From positions 1 through 43,060 of the forward strand of contig JBFRWD010000117.1 of the NCBI GenBank assembly GCA_051439425.1: a stretch of 43,060 nucleotides of DNA, written 5' to 3'. The DNA comes from Synechococcus sp. Its GTDB lineage: Bacteria; Cyanobacteriota; Cyanobacteriia; Thermostichales; PCC-7336. A program made the translations under genes and the position numbers. This document shows, piece by piece, positions 12,178 through 22,889 of this stretch; within the stretch, counting starts at the first letter, position 1; each line of letters starts with the position of its first letter. The notes under the pieces are model-generated. The model worked only from the letters and a program-made list of their open reading frames with translations, was not told the origin of the DNA and searched no databases.

Positions 12178-13338
12178 ATGGCAATTATTTCCTCGCAATC
12201 CGGCAAGACTCCCGAACGTCGCAGTCAGACATCGCCGCCATCCGAATCCGTATCTTTACCCACAGTTGCCGAGGATCGGCCCAAAGTTGCGAGTTATTTG
12301 CTACACCCCCAAGCGACTCCTAACGAAGCAGATGCTAATTCAGGGGGAGCCAGTGATGGCAGTAATAGTCCCTCAGAGGCGTCCTTACGGCCGCAAACAC
12401 TATCAGAGTACATTGGTCAACGCGAGCTCAAAGAGGTGCTCAGCATTGCGATCTCCGCTGCTCAAGCCCGAACAGAACCTCTCGATCACCTGCTGTTTTA
12501 CGGGCCTCCTGGACTGGGCAAAACTACTGTCTGCGCTGCTCTTGCCAATGAGATGGGGGTCAAGATGCACATGACAAGCGCGCCTGCTTTAGAAGGGGCC
12601 AAAGATATTGCTGGTTATCTCGTCAATCTTAAGTTGGGAGATATTCTCTTTATCGATGAAATCCACCGATTGCCCAAGGTCACAGAAGAAATGCTGTATC
12701 CGGCCATGGAGGATTTTCGGCTGGATATCACTGTCGGCAAAGGGCGCTCAGCTCGCGTAACCAGCCTCAACCTGCCTCGGTTCACCCTTGTGGGAGCGAC
12801 GACAAAGGTTGGTGCTTTAACTGCGCCACTCCGCGATCGCTTCGGTTTAGTACAGCGGCTGCGCTTTTACGAAACAGACGAGTTGGTGGAGATTGTGATG
12901 CGCACAGGCCATTTGCTCGAAACACCGATCGATCGTCGAGGGGCCTCAGAGATTGCTCGTCGATCGCGTGGTACGCCTCGTATTGCCAATCGACTATTCA
13001 AACGAGTTCGTGACTACGCTCAAGTGAGGGGCGATGGGGCAATAGATGCCGCGATTGCCTCCACCGCGCTGGAACTGTTTAACGTCGATCCATTGGGATT
13101 GGATTGGACCGATCGAAAACTCTTGACCATGATGATCGAAAAGTTTGATGGCGGGCCGGTGGGCTTAGATACGATGGCTGCCGCCACAGGTGAAGACTCA
13201 CAGACAATCGAAGAAGTCTACGAACCGTATCTCCTTCAAATCGGATTTATTCAGCGAACAGCCCGAGGACGGGTGGTTACACCCGCCGCATTGCAACATC
13301 TGGGATACGAGACCAACTTACCGCTGAATCTATGGTGA
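12178..13338 (+). CDS. ruvB: Holliday junction branch migration helicase RuvB
   Basis: [41 protein letters not shown] and VYEPYLLQ motifs; ~65 aa disordered N-terminal extension. Confidence 0.99.
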   Translation: MAIISSQSGKTPERRSQTSPPSESVSLPTVAEDRPKVASYLLHPQATPNEADANSGGASDGSNSPSEASLRPQTLSEYIGQRELKEVLSIAISAAQARTEPLDHLLFYGPPGLGKTTVCAALANEMGVKMHMTSAPALEGAKDIAGYLVNLKLGDILFIDEIHRLPKVTEEMLYPAMEDFRLDITVGKGRSARVTSLNLPRFTLVGATTKVGALTAPLRDRFGLVQRLRFYETDELVEIVMRTGHLLETPIDRRGASEIARRSRGTPRIANRLFKRVRDYAQVRGDGAIDAAIASTALELFNVDPLGLDWTDRKLLTMMIEKFDGGPVGLDTMAAATGEDSQTIEEVYEPYLLQIGFIQRTARGRVVTPAALQHLGYETNLPLNLW

Positions 13339-13367
13339 GATGGTTCATCCCGATAGATGCATGGGAA

Positions 13368-13411
13368 TCAACGACAGCGTTACTCGGTATAGAGAGCCGA
13401 TCCGTCGTTGA
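13368..13411. terminator. Stem-loop between convergent ruvB and DM13 genes
   Basis: Outer stem tcaacgac...gtcgttga with an inner tcgg/ccga stem. No U-tract. Confidence 0.4.
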
Positions 13412-13449
13412 GGCTGGGGGTTGGTCGAGACAGCTATCTGTCGGAGCAA

Positions 13450-14139
13450 CTAGAGTGATGCATAGCCGAATACGGTATTAGACTCTTCGCACCAAATGGC
13501 GATTGCCTCAAACTCATTCAAGTTCATGTCTTGCGGGACTGGATATCTGCTGGCCCCTCTATAGGCTAGTAATTCTGCTATGTGGACGTAGTCATTACCA
13601 TCAATTTGTTGGGGGACTACAGCGTCTCGAAATGCTACTAGCTGTAGGTTGGAACCATCAGCGGTGCGAAAATCATCAGCTAATTCAACAACTGCCTGGC
13701 CTGAGATTTCAACAATTTTCATGCTCCCCGATGTGGGATGGCTCGGATGTGCTGTAAAAAACTGGCCGGCAGCAACCTCTGCAACCCTAGAATAACTAGA
13801 TGTATTGCTCGCCTCGACTGTCTCTGGGGATGACAGTTCAACAGCAATCTCTCTTGCTGGCTCTGCAGGCTCTAAAGTTTCGTGAAGAATTGGCAGATTG
13901 GTCGATGGCCCCGAAGCACTGTCCACCACTGTTCTGCCACTCTGCTCGGAGATATCAACGGCAACGCCTTCACCGGCAGCTGTGCCCGAGTTTGGTTGTC
14001 CCTCTGAAGAGGCTGCGCTTCGAGCAACCGTATTACTGCGAGGGATCGTTACAGAATCGGGAGGCGGAGTTCCGCAGGCAGCTGCAATATAGGCGAGGGT
14101 ACTTAAGCAGCAAGCCAGACCGAGACCTCTAGAGATCAT
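13450..14139 (-). CDS. DM13-domain lipoprotein
   Basis: Lipobox-like IAAA-C; C-terminal DM13 pattern (HPTSG...ELADDFRTADGSNL...Y..P...AIAIWCEESNTVFGYA). Confidence 0.85.
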   Translation of the reverse strand: MISRGLGLACCLSTLAYIAAACGTPPPDSVTIPRSNTVARSAASSEGQPNSGTAAGEGVAVDISEQSGRTVVDSASGPSTNLPILHETLEPAEPAREIAVELSSPETVEASNTSSYSRVAEVAAGQFFTAHPSHPTSGSMKIVEISGQAVVELADDFRTADGSNLQLVAFRDAVVPQQIDGNDYVHIAELLAYRGASRYPVPQDMNLNEFEAIAIWCEESNTVFGYASL

Positions 14140-15264
14140 GAGAGCAACCTAAAATACAATTTATTAGCGATGTAAGTTAACAAGCAAAAAGTAAATTAAG
14201 CGGTGAGAAGTATTGAAAGCTGCACAATATAAAAAGAGGGATGCTGTTGGTCATAAAGACTGACTTCAGCCAAATTATGTTCTTTATGTCAAGATTCGCG
14301 TCGCTCCAAGCGCTCTGCAAAAGTACTGAATATCTTTCCGATAAACACGGCGTTCTATTTGCGCAGACCTGCCAAGGAGCTAGAGATAATATGTATGGCA
14401 GCTTAAAACTCTAGCAAGTGTCAAAGATGGCTGGATATTGGATGAGATTGGTGAGTCTATCCAGCTTGGTTCAAGATTGCTAATTAGAGCTATATACTAA
14501 AGAAAATCTAAGCTCTACATGCAGTTGTGCCCCATCCATAAAACATATCTTATCCGAGCCGATCTGCCAGTTTGAACACGCATTGGTTTGTCTTTATTTT
14601 TTTTAGAATTCCTATCTTAGCCAAACCTTCTCATCTGCACAGTAGCTCTCACAATCGGTACTTGCTTCGTCAAATTACTAGGATATGTTCTCTCCAACCC
14701 GAGCTGCCCGCTTCAAAACGAGCGAGTTGAGGCATTTTTCTTGACCGTAGATATCTAAGCAGAAAGGTTTGATCGGGTTGGATGCAAGCAGATGGACGTA
14801 ATTCTATGGGTTGGCAATCTCATGTATACAAGTTATCAAGTTGTCAAAAAGCATGCTCTGACTAGAAAATTGGTTGGTAGATATGGCTAGAGCTTCTACA
14901 AAAGAAGTGAAGATTGGGATCGTTCAGAAGGAAGATTTTAGCTGAATCCGACAGTGTATTTTTATACTTATTCTCCGGCTTTTCTCTGCTATGCCCGGGT
15001 GTTGCCCAGAGCCTAAGGGGGGACGATAAAGGCCAATCTTGGAGAAGATGTGTTGTTCTACGCAGAGCTTTTTCAGGGATTTATCTTATCTAATCTTATA
15101 GTTGATGAACTACGGCTATTGATGGGGTCTAGAATCGTATTACTAAAGAGCAGGCAGCTTAAACTTATTAACTAATTGTCTCGGATAATTAAATAAACCA
15201 GTGCATTGCTGCCAATAGCTATGCCAGATAGCTAGTATGGTTGAGAACGGCAAGAGTACGCAAC

Positions 15265-15606
15265 ATGGAACTCTTAGAACAGCAAGTCAGTGAACTGCAG
15301 CAGCAGGTCGACCTGCTTCGAGTTGAGATTGAGCGTTTGCCCACTCTAGTGGCATCCGAGTTGTCAACTAAGGCTGCTGTTCCTGCTCGATCGCATGCTA
15401 CTACATACGGTTATGGAGCCGAGGGCGATTCTGTAGAGGGTATTCTCTTGGATGAAAGTCTCTCTGCAGAGCGCAACGCAAGGGCCGCTGCTAATCAAGA
15501 TATGCCTCCCGAGGCGCAGGTACAGCGTCTGACTGCCCAATTGACGGCCGCATACAATCGTATAGCAGCTTTGGAAGAACAACTGCTGTCACAGCGTCTT
15601 CAATGA
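15265..15606 (+). CDS. Conserved cyanobacterial coiled-coil protein
   Basis: Coiled coils at both ends. The C-terminal QVQRLTAQLTAAYNRIAALEEQLL is recalled as a conserved cyanobacterial motif. ATG at 15265 (TTG at 15241). Confidence 0.8.
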   Translation: MELLEQQVSELQQQVDLLRVEIERLPTLVASELSTKAAVPARSHATTYGYGAEGDSVEGILLDESLSAERNARAAANQDMPPEAQVQRLTAQLTAAYNRIAALEEQLLSQRLQ

Positions 15607-16163
15607 TGAATCGTGGTTGGCTGTGCAGAAATCCTAGGCAAAGGCCAAATGATAAGTTAGTAAGTTGAATAAGAACTTGTCCGCTGGAGTGTAGCTTCGG
15701 CGGTGTTTTTTTGTCTTTTCACTAGTACTTGAAGATTGTTTCGTTTCTCCACGATTGGCCGATTGGTGCACAAGCTGTGTCGGAGTTGTAAGTGTTGCAA
15801 GCGCTTGAGCGATTGCGCGAGCATCGAGCCAAGCCCCCAACGTGCTGAGGAGGAGAATCGTTCGGTGATAATGCTTGTCTAGCTGTTTGATAGATTCTGA
15901 ATCACAGCTAGATGGCCGCAAATTGTTGAAAGAGGCCCCAGCCTGGGACCTCTTTGAGATAAGCAAATAAATGCTGGAACTGTACGTATTTCGCAGCGAA
16001 AATGTGCTTAAGGATTAAAACGAAGCAGGAAACTCGATGTCCCTTGCCTCTATATTTTCTTAGCCGCCCGAGACTGTCAGCAAGAGATATAGGAGGTTAA
16101 TTCATGGGGGGTGAGCATGATTACTTCGTTTCGATCGCTAAGAAAAATGCAACAGAATTACGC

Positions 16164-18050
16164 CTAGTCATCAGCCTCTGATAGCAGCTCTGCCAGATTC
16201 AGCGATTCCAAATCTTCAGATGCTTCGTCACTTTCCTGCTCGACCAGAGCAACAGCATGTTCGAGAGATGCTGCAACAACGGCCTCGGCTTCGCTCTCAC
16301 CCGATGACCCGTTAAATAGATCGGCAAGGTTACCATCTTCGGAATCGGGTGCATTGGGAGCTGTCAACTCGGTCACTGATGAACGATCGACAGAGGAGAA
16401 AAAAGCATCAACATCATTGGCCTCTTCTGCAGGCTCCTCCTCAGCGGCCTCCACAACGCTGCCTTCGATTGCACCTAGCAACTCGTCCAGTGAAGCAGCA
16501 TCAGCAGCTTCTGCTTCAGCCGATACTTCGGTTACGCTATCACCCATCTCGAACGTAGATTCGGATTCGGGTGGTTCACTGAGGAGCGCGCTCAAGCTGA
16601 CATCCTCGTCAGTCTTGGAGTCTTCCATGCTGACAACATCATCTAGTAGGGCATCAGCGTTACCGCCATCGTAAAAGGCTTCAGCGGTGAATGCCTCTAC
16701 AACTTCATCTGATGCAATTTCGGTCGCATCCTCGCCTAACAGTTCGCCCAAGCCCATCTCGTCAGTGAACTCAGGTTCTTCTAGCGTTTCCTCAGTCCTA
16801 GCAGTGGATTCCCGTGCAAGGCTTTCGAATAGAGCATCTTCACTGATTGGGCCATCTTCCAGCGATTCGCTATCCATCGTAGAGTCAAGCAATGCATCCG
16901 AAGGGCTTTCACTCAACAGCCCACTTAGGGTGTTCTCATCTGTGGCTTCGCCATCATCATCGCTAACTAGGTCGCTGGTGGATTCCATTAAAACGGCTTC
17001 GCCATCATCCAAAGAATCTTCACCTAGCGGTTCGTCAGATTCTGCAATCACTTCCTCGCTCGATTCGAGTGAGAGTGGAGCGGAGAAATTGAAAGGCTCT
17101 GCGCTATCTTCCGGTTCGAGCGCAGTCTCATCCTCAGATTCACCGCCAAACAAATCTCCTTCTGCAAAACCTCCCTCAGAGATCGCAGGGTCGGCAGTGG
17201 CTTCAGCCTCAAATGCTTCTTCCTCCGGATCTGCTTCAGGCCGATTAGAGATCGAGTCGCTTGTCGAAGCCGATTCTGAAAACGCTGACTCTAGCTGCTC
17301 GCTGGATTCAGAAGCGGCTACTTCTTCCAAAGATTCATCCGGCGATACAGGTTCTTCTGGCTGGTCAATGGATTCCAACTCTTCAGAAGCTTGGTCAGCT
17401 ACGTTCAGCTCATTGATTTGAGTCTGGAGTTGTTCGAGCTCGGATTGGCGATTTGCAATTGTTTGATTTAACTCAGCCTCAGAGGCCTGCAGCTCACTCA
17501 CTGTTTGCTGTTTAAGTGAAACGTCCTCTTGGAGCTGTTGCTGTTGTTGAGTCAGTTCTTCAAGTTGTTGGCGGGCGCTGGCTAAATCGACACCGGCACT
17601 TTCTTCAACCTGGATAGTTTCATCAAGACTGGAACGCAGTTCGGAAAGCTCCCGCTCTGCGTTTTGCTTGCTACTTTCTAACGCTTGTTGCGCATCTTGC
17701 AATTCTGCAATCTGGGATTGCAATTGCTCTGCTTCTGCTTGTGCACTCAGTAATTGAGATGACAGTTGCGCAATCTCATTCTGTTCTTCGGTGACTCGAT
17801 CACTGGTTTGGTTGGATTCCGCACGAGCGCTTTTTAATTGAGTTTCTAGTTCTGCTACTTTCTGTTCTAGTTGCTCTTTCAGTTGCTTATTGCTGCCACC
17901 GTTTCCGGCAACGGCAATACCGACGATTGTGGAGGAAACAGCCGCAGCGCCACCAACGGCAGCACCCGCAATATCTCGCTGGCTAGCGAATCCTGCAGCT
18001 GCGCCAATGCCAATAGCTGCAACTCCGGCAAGGATGTACTTCTGAACCAT
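16164..18050 (-). CDS. Membrane-anchored coiled-coil protein with a long, very acidic low-complexity tail
   Basis: Two N-terminal hydrophobic segments, ~170 aa Q/E/L heptad region, then ~400 aa rich in E/D/S/A. ATG at 18050. Confidence 0.85.
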   Translation of the reverse strand: MVQKYILAGVAAIGIGAAAGFASQRDIAGAAVGGAAAVSSTIVGIAVAGNGGSNKQLKEQLEQKVAELETQLKSARAESNQTSDRVTEEQNEIAQLSSQLLSAQAEAEQLQSQIAELQDAQQALESSKQNAERELSELRSSLDETIQVEESAGVDLASARQQLEELTQQQQQLQEDVSLKQQTVSELQASEAELNQTIANRQSELEQLQTQINELNVADQASEELESIDQPEEPVSPDESLEEVAASESSEQLESAFSESASTSDSISNRPEADPEEEAFEAEATADPAISEGGFAEGDLFGGESEDETALEPEDSAEPFNFSAPLSLESSEEVIAESDEPLGEDSLDDGEAVLMESTSDLVSDDDGEATDENTLSGLLSESPSDALLDSTMDSESLEDGPISEDALFESLARESTARTEETLEEPEFTDEMGLGELLGEDATEIASDEVVEAFTAEAFYDGGNADALLDDVVSMEDSKTDEDVSLSALLSEPPESESTFEMGDSVTEVSAEAEAADAASLDELLGAIEGSVVEAAEEEPAEEANDVDAFFSSVDRSSVTELTAPNAPDSEDGNLADLFNGSSGESEAEAVVAASLEHAVALVEQESDEASEDLESLNLAELLSEADD

Positions 18051-18525
18051 AGTTATAACGTGGGTGAAAGGGGTGACCTGCAAATTGCGTGTGTCTGTTA
18101 ATCGGTTGAAAAGCTAGAAAATCCTACGTGATTGCACGAGCTATCGACTAAACAGTCAAACTAAAGTACCCACTTTTCTTCCAAACGCAATATCTTGTAA
18201 AAAAATAACTGTATTTTGGATCGATGCTGTATTTCAGTTCCATCCCGAAACCAACCTGTTTGTGAGCCGGACATTGTGAAGGCAGACCGCTTGTCCCCAC
18301 AAAAAGCGAAAGCCTTTGAGCTGGCACCAGCCATGACTATCCCGCTGAATCCAATTATCCTTCCCACTCAGTCTTCCCTTGACCTTGAGTTCAAGGGTTT
18401 ACAGCCTCCGGCTCTGTTCTAGCTGTTAATCTCTGTCGAACTGACGTTAACTCAGACGTGCAACAGTTCTTTGAGCAGGCGATCGATTGAGCCAGTTGCA
18501 GAAGCGATCGCCCGAATGGTCGCGT

Positions 18526-18999
18526 TTAGCTCGCTAAATTAGCTTTAATCTCTGACTCTTGCTCGCGATAGATTTCTTTTTCGCGATCGATAAAAATAGC
18601 AGCCAGGCCATTGTAGGCTTCTGTCCAAGCTCCCATCACTTCAGGAGTCGCAGCATCACCCAAGACATCCTTCATCGCTGCCAACAAGCATTCTCCAATA
18701 ACAGGATACTGTTCTGCAATGACACGAGTGTTGACATGAGCTTTAGCAATACTTTCAACCGCATCACCCAGCTTTTCCAACTCATCGATATGACTTGCGT
18801 ACGCATATACAGATGCAGCTAGCTTAGCAGCCTGTTTCTGGCCATCCTCTTCACTCTTCATATGAGTGTTTTCAAAAAATCTTCTATATTCGGGACGTTC
18901 TGTAAACGCTATCTCGTACATTCTTGCCGTAATAGCTTTTCCGTGCTCTTTCACCACTGGAGCAGTGGCCTTAACGATTTCGATAGTTTCAGCTTTCAT
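18526..18999 (-). CDS. Single-domain 3/3 globin (Vitreoscilla Hb / flavohemoglobin globin-domain type)
   Basis: IVKATAPVVKEHG, ITARMY (B10 Tyr), RRFF (CD1 Phe), QAAKLA (E7 Gln), IAKAH (F8 His), EQYPVIGECLL, AWTEAY. No reductase domain. Confidence 0.93.
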   Translation of the reverse strand: MKAETIEIVKATAPVVKEHGKAITARMYEIAFTERPEYRRFFENTHMKSEEDGQKQAAKLAASVYAYASHIDELEKLGDAVESIAKAHVNTRVIAEQYPVIGECLLAAMKDVLGDAATPEVMGAWTEAYNGLAAIFIDREKEIYREQESEIKANLAS

Positions 19000-20046
19000 C
19001 AGGTATTCTTGGATGCAACTCGAACAAAATGATATTAATTTAGCTTTTAAATGATTTCAATTCTGAAGATATTTGGGATCGAAATTGGAATCATAAAGTT
19101 TTTAGGCTGTTTGGTCAGTATGTATTAAAAAGCACAGATCGCCTCGCTTAGTCATTCGGAACTTACATTGGCAATCTGAGATATCCTATGAGAATAGGAC
19201 ATGTTTTGGCCAGTCAATTTATCTGCGATCGTCAAGTGAAATAAAGGAACGGCCGAAGCAAATCATGTTTTTTATGTGTCTTCCAGTGCACAGATTTGAT
19301 TAGCCGAGGCGGCTAGTCTGTGACTTTATGAATGAGAAAATCGGGCCGAGCCAATACATTATCCAGACGATTCTTGACCATGCGGCGTCACCACACAAAA
19401 TAGTTGCTTGGTTGGACTGTCTTTTCTATCTAGCGGGAATTCTGGTTTCTGTAGGTTATCGACACCCCATTTGTTATGCGCATCTACTTTCCAATTCCTA
19501 GATACTTCATAACTACTTATGAGGGGTAAAAAGCTTTTAGATATTCCCAGTCTCTAGTTGGAAATACTGAATCTAGATCTTTATTTTGGATTGTTTATTT
19601 GCGATTTGAGTAACGAGATCGGGGGCTTTGGTACAACTGCTGAAAGATTGGAAGAAAGTTCTTTATCGGAACATTCCTTATCAGAACATTGGGCGACGCT
19701 TGAAAAAAAATCATCGGTGATGTTTATAAATGCGTGCTTTTATTCATTGTGATTGAAAGTAGAACTAAGATTGAAAGCGGAGAAAAGATTGAAGCCAAAA
19801 TTCACGCATTCGGTGATGGTGACTTACAAGCGCAGGCATGCGGGCCCAACCTCAGCATAGGCTGGAGGCACGGCGTTAGCTTCAACCTTCTTGAAGTGGC
19901 CTCACTCGTAAAGTAGCGTGCTTCTGTTTGATAAATCGGTCCAAATCTCCTTACTATGACAAGCAGGCTTCTCCATCGTTTTGCTAAATAATGGGTGATT
20001 AAAGATCGTGCTAATCTGACACCCACGAATACTACCCACGCCCACT

Positions 20047-21642
20047 ATGGTGCTACTTTCGCAAATGCGACAGTTTTCCCGCTCAGTAGCAGTAGCATTT
20101 GCACTTCTCCCCCTCAGTCTGTTGGGCTGTCGCTCGGAGTCTAAAACGATCGGACTTTCCACCGGATCGCCTACCGGCTATTACTATCGGCTAGGCCAGA
20201 CAATCGAAGCCTCTGTCGAAAACACGGTACGCATGGATGTTGATGTCCGACAATCCACAGGATCTTTAGATAACCTGCATCAACTTCTCAATGGCGAAAT
20301 CGATGTCGCCTTGGTTCAACTCGACGTTGCTGAAGAGAGCATGATAGCGGGTGACATTACAGCCATTGCAATCCTTGCCCAAGAGCATATTCACTTAATT
20401 AGTCGCCAGGCGAACAACTCGTCTGCCGAGACAACGACAACGAATGATAATGAACCAGCAACCCTGTCTGACCTTACCGGTCAAACCGTAGCAATTGGGC
20501 CTCCTGGCAGCGGCATTCGGTTCACTGCGAAGCAACTCCTCGATACTGCTCTATTGGATGAGACCGTTCAAGTCGATGAATCCGGTTTTAGCGAGGCATT
20601 AGATCTATTGAGCCAAGGACAGGTAGATGCTGCATTTTATGTGGGTCGCTTGGGTGCCAATGAACGTCTTCGGGAGGCCTTTGCTACCAATCCAGAACTG
20701 AAGTTACTCTCAATATCGCCTGGTTTAGCGAACTTTCTAGCCATTCAAAATCCTGGAGTCTATCGAACAGCAACAATACCTGAAGGTATCTACGGTGTGT
20801 TTCCAAGTCGACCCGAAGGAACGCTGACTAGTCTGACAACACCGACAGTGCTTGTCACTCGCCCCGACATCGAGCCCAGAACGGTTCGCTTAATTACTTG
20901 GTCAATTGTGGCAACAGCCCACCAATACGCATCGTTCTATCCCGAACTCCAATCAGGAGATCCGAACGATCTATTGCGCCAGGGATTATTTTTTGTCCAT
21001 CCAGGTGCCGTTGATGTTTATGAGTACGGCGATCCGCGTCAGGCCTGGGTTCGCTATTGGGAAAGCAACAGCGATCTTCAAGCTGGGATCTTTCTTCTCT
21101 TAGGGACGACCACCGCAGGCATGTTGTTGCAATATTGGCGCAAAATGCGTTCCCATCGCCTGGGCAATAAAATTCATCAGCGTACGATAGAAATCAATCA
21201 GCTGTTAAGCCAGTCCCCACAAGAAGCTCTGCGAGAGATTGAAGAACTCAGTCAAGATAATCGGTTTCAGTTTATTGCTGGCAAGATTCCTGACGAGGTT
21301 TACGTTCAACTTCAGCAAAAAACTCAAACCCTCAGCGACCAGTGTCGCTCGGTACTGGATCGCCAGCGCCGAGAACAAATTCTGAATACCCTTTTGTTGC
21401 TAGACGAATGGCAAGAGACTCTACAAACCGATCCATCTGCGGCCCTGAGCAAGCTCAGCCAAATTAAGCAACAGTACCGAGACATGCTGCTTTCCAATCA
21501 GGTCGATATCCAGGCCTATATGGAGTTGACGGAGCTAACGCTGATTTCGCTGATGACCCTAGCGCCAGAAAAGCGACTATACGCAGATCGGATACCGATG
21601 CTGTCTTCTGAAGATGTGCAATCACCATCCCCTCAGCAGTAG
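20047..21642 (+). CDS. TAXI-family solute-binding lipoprotein fused to a TM helix and a cytoplasmic helical domain
   Basis: Lipobox LLG-C; TAXI motifs STGSPTGYYY, STGSLDNL, AIGPPGSG and VHPGA; TM GIFLLLGTTTAGMLLQYW followed by RKMR. Confidence 0.88.
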   Translation: MVLLSQMRQFSRSVAVAFALLPLSLLGCRSESKTIGLSTGSPTGYYYRLGQTIEASVENTVRMDVDVRQSTGSLDNLHQLLNGEIDVALVQLDVAEESMIAGDITAIAILAQEHIHLISRQANNSSAETTTTNDNEPATLSDLTGQTVAIGPPGSGIRFTAKQLLDTALLDETVQVDESGFSEALDLLSQGQVDAAFYVGRLGANERLREAFATNPELKLLSISPGLANFLAIQNPGVYRTATIPEGIYGVFPSRPEGTLTSLTTPTVLVTRPDIEPRTVRLITWSIVATAHQYASFYPELQSGDPNDLLRQGLFFVHPGAVDVYEYGDPRQAWVRYWESNSDLQAGIFLLLGTTTAGMLLQYWRKMRSHRLGNKIHQRTIEINQLLSQSPQEALREIEELSQDNRFQFIAGKIPDEVYVQLQQKTQTLSDQCRSVLDRQRREQILNTLLLLDEWQETLQTDPSAALSKLSQIKQQYRDMLLSNQVDIQAYMELTELTLISLMTLAPEKRLYADRIPMLSSEDVQSPSPQQ

Positions 21643-21952
21643 TCCCTGTTATTCGAAACACATTGGCAAAGGCTCTCACCCCGCTATCCTTATTCTGCTC
21701 TTCATATCTTCAGAAGAGTGGGGGCCCTCAGGCCTGATGAAATATATCGTCATTGCATGATGTAGATTTTCGCAGTCTGCGACAGAGAGTCCCCTGACTA
21801 TTTAGGGGTTGAGTCGTCTCCAGACTCCAAACTCTAGAGTGGACTGCCATACCAGAAAGCACTATATTGCAAGACCGCCACGAATTCCTAATTCACCGAC
21901 TGAGTTTTCAGAACGGGCGATTGTTCGCTAGATAGAGACTAGAGACGTAGCA

Positions 21953-22657
21953 ATGCTCGCAACCATAGCCATCTTCTTTTTTGCCGCAATGCTACGCGCA
22001 ATATTTGGATTTGGGGATGCTCTAATCGCAATGCCCCTGTTGACCCTAACTTTGGGTATTGGCACCGCCACTCCTCTGTTTGCCCTAATCGCCACCAGTT
22101 CGGCACTGGCTATTTTTGCCACAACCTTTAAGCAGATTGACTTCAAAGCTTCCCGCCAACTGGTATTGTCAAGCATTCTGGGGATTCCCTTCGGCCTCAT
22201 CCTCATCAAACTTGTCCCCGAAGCGATCGTCATGAGGCTCTTGGGAATGTTTTTAATCGTCTTTGCCTTCAATCGCCTTATCCAAAAACAAGCTCCCCGC
22301 ATCAAAAGCCGCTGGTGGGGATATGGATTTGGGTTTGTGGCAGGCGTTCTGGGCAGCGCTTTTAACACCAACGGGCCACCCATCGTAACCTACGCTGCCT
22401 TGCGCCAATGGCCTCCCGATTCATTTCGCTCCAACCTGCAGGGGTACTTTTTCCCTGTTGGACTAATTATTGTGGCCAGTCACGGCATCTCGGGGTTATG
22501 GACTATGCAGGTGGGTCAGTTGTATTTGGCTTGCTTACCGGCAGCGCTGATGGCGATCGCGATCGGCAGCAAAATTCACCAATCACTCCCTCCAAAGAAA
22601 TTTGAAACCCTGCTGTCTCTTCTCCTCGTCATCTTCGGGATTGTTCTAATGATTTAG
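21953..22657 (+). CDS. TauE/SafE family (sulfite/organosulfonate) exporter
   Basis: GFGDALIAMPLL and GVLGSAFNTNGPP motifs; ~8 TM segments, 234 aa. Confidence 0.9.
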   Translation: MLATIAIFFFAAMLRAIFGFGDALIAMPLLTLTLGIGTATPLFALIATSSALAIFATTFKQIDFKASRQLVLSSILGIPFGLILIKLVPEAIVMRLLGMFLIVFAFNRLIQKQAPRIKSRWWGYGFGFVAGVLGSAFNTNGPPIVTYAALRQWPPDSFRSNLQGYFFPVGLIIVASHGISGLWTMQVGQLYLACLPAALMAIAIGSKIHQSLPPKKFETLLSLLLVIFGIVLMI

Positions 22658-22676
22658 CGATCGCCCGGAAAGATAC

Positions 22677-22717
22677 ATACAAGTCAGAGCTTTGTATATT
22701 TATCGAAAAACTTGATA
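22677..22717. promoter_or_regulatory. Adjacent inverted repeats upstream of the ABC operon (candidate LysR boxes)
   Basis: ATACAA-N9-TTGTAT (22677-22697) and TATC-N9-GATA (22701-22717). The second fits the LysR T-N11-A rule. Confidence 0.45.
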
Positions 22718-22889
22718 TCTTAGGCACCGAAATGAACTTGCTTCCCCCTCAGATCTACGTATAAATATTTTGTATCGCACCAAATACTAACGTGATAGTT
22801 AACCTGCACAATTGGTAGTCTTCATCACAAAGCCCTTAGAAGAATCCCGATTGAATTAGCTCAACTCTAACGGCTTTGAGAGACATATC

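Noticed and set aside
16687..17421. 244-aa Ser-rich ORF on the + strand
   Set aside because: Antisense mirror of the Glu/Asp-rich codons of the acidic protein.
22772..22787. Possible NtcA site upstream of the ABC operon (GTA...TAC spanning 22782-22797, with an adjacent AT-rich stretch)
   Set aside because: The spacing is GTA-N10-TAC, not the N8 required.
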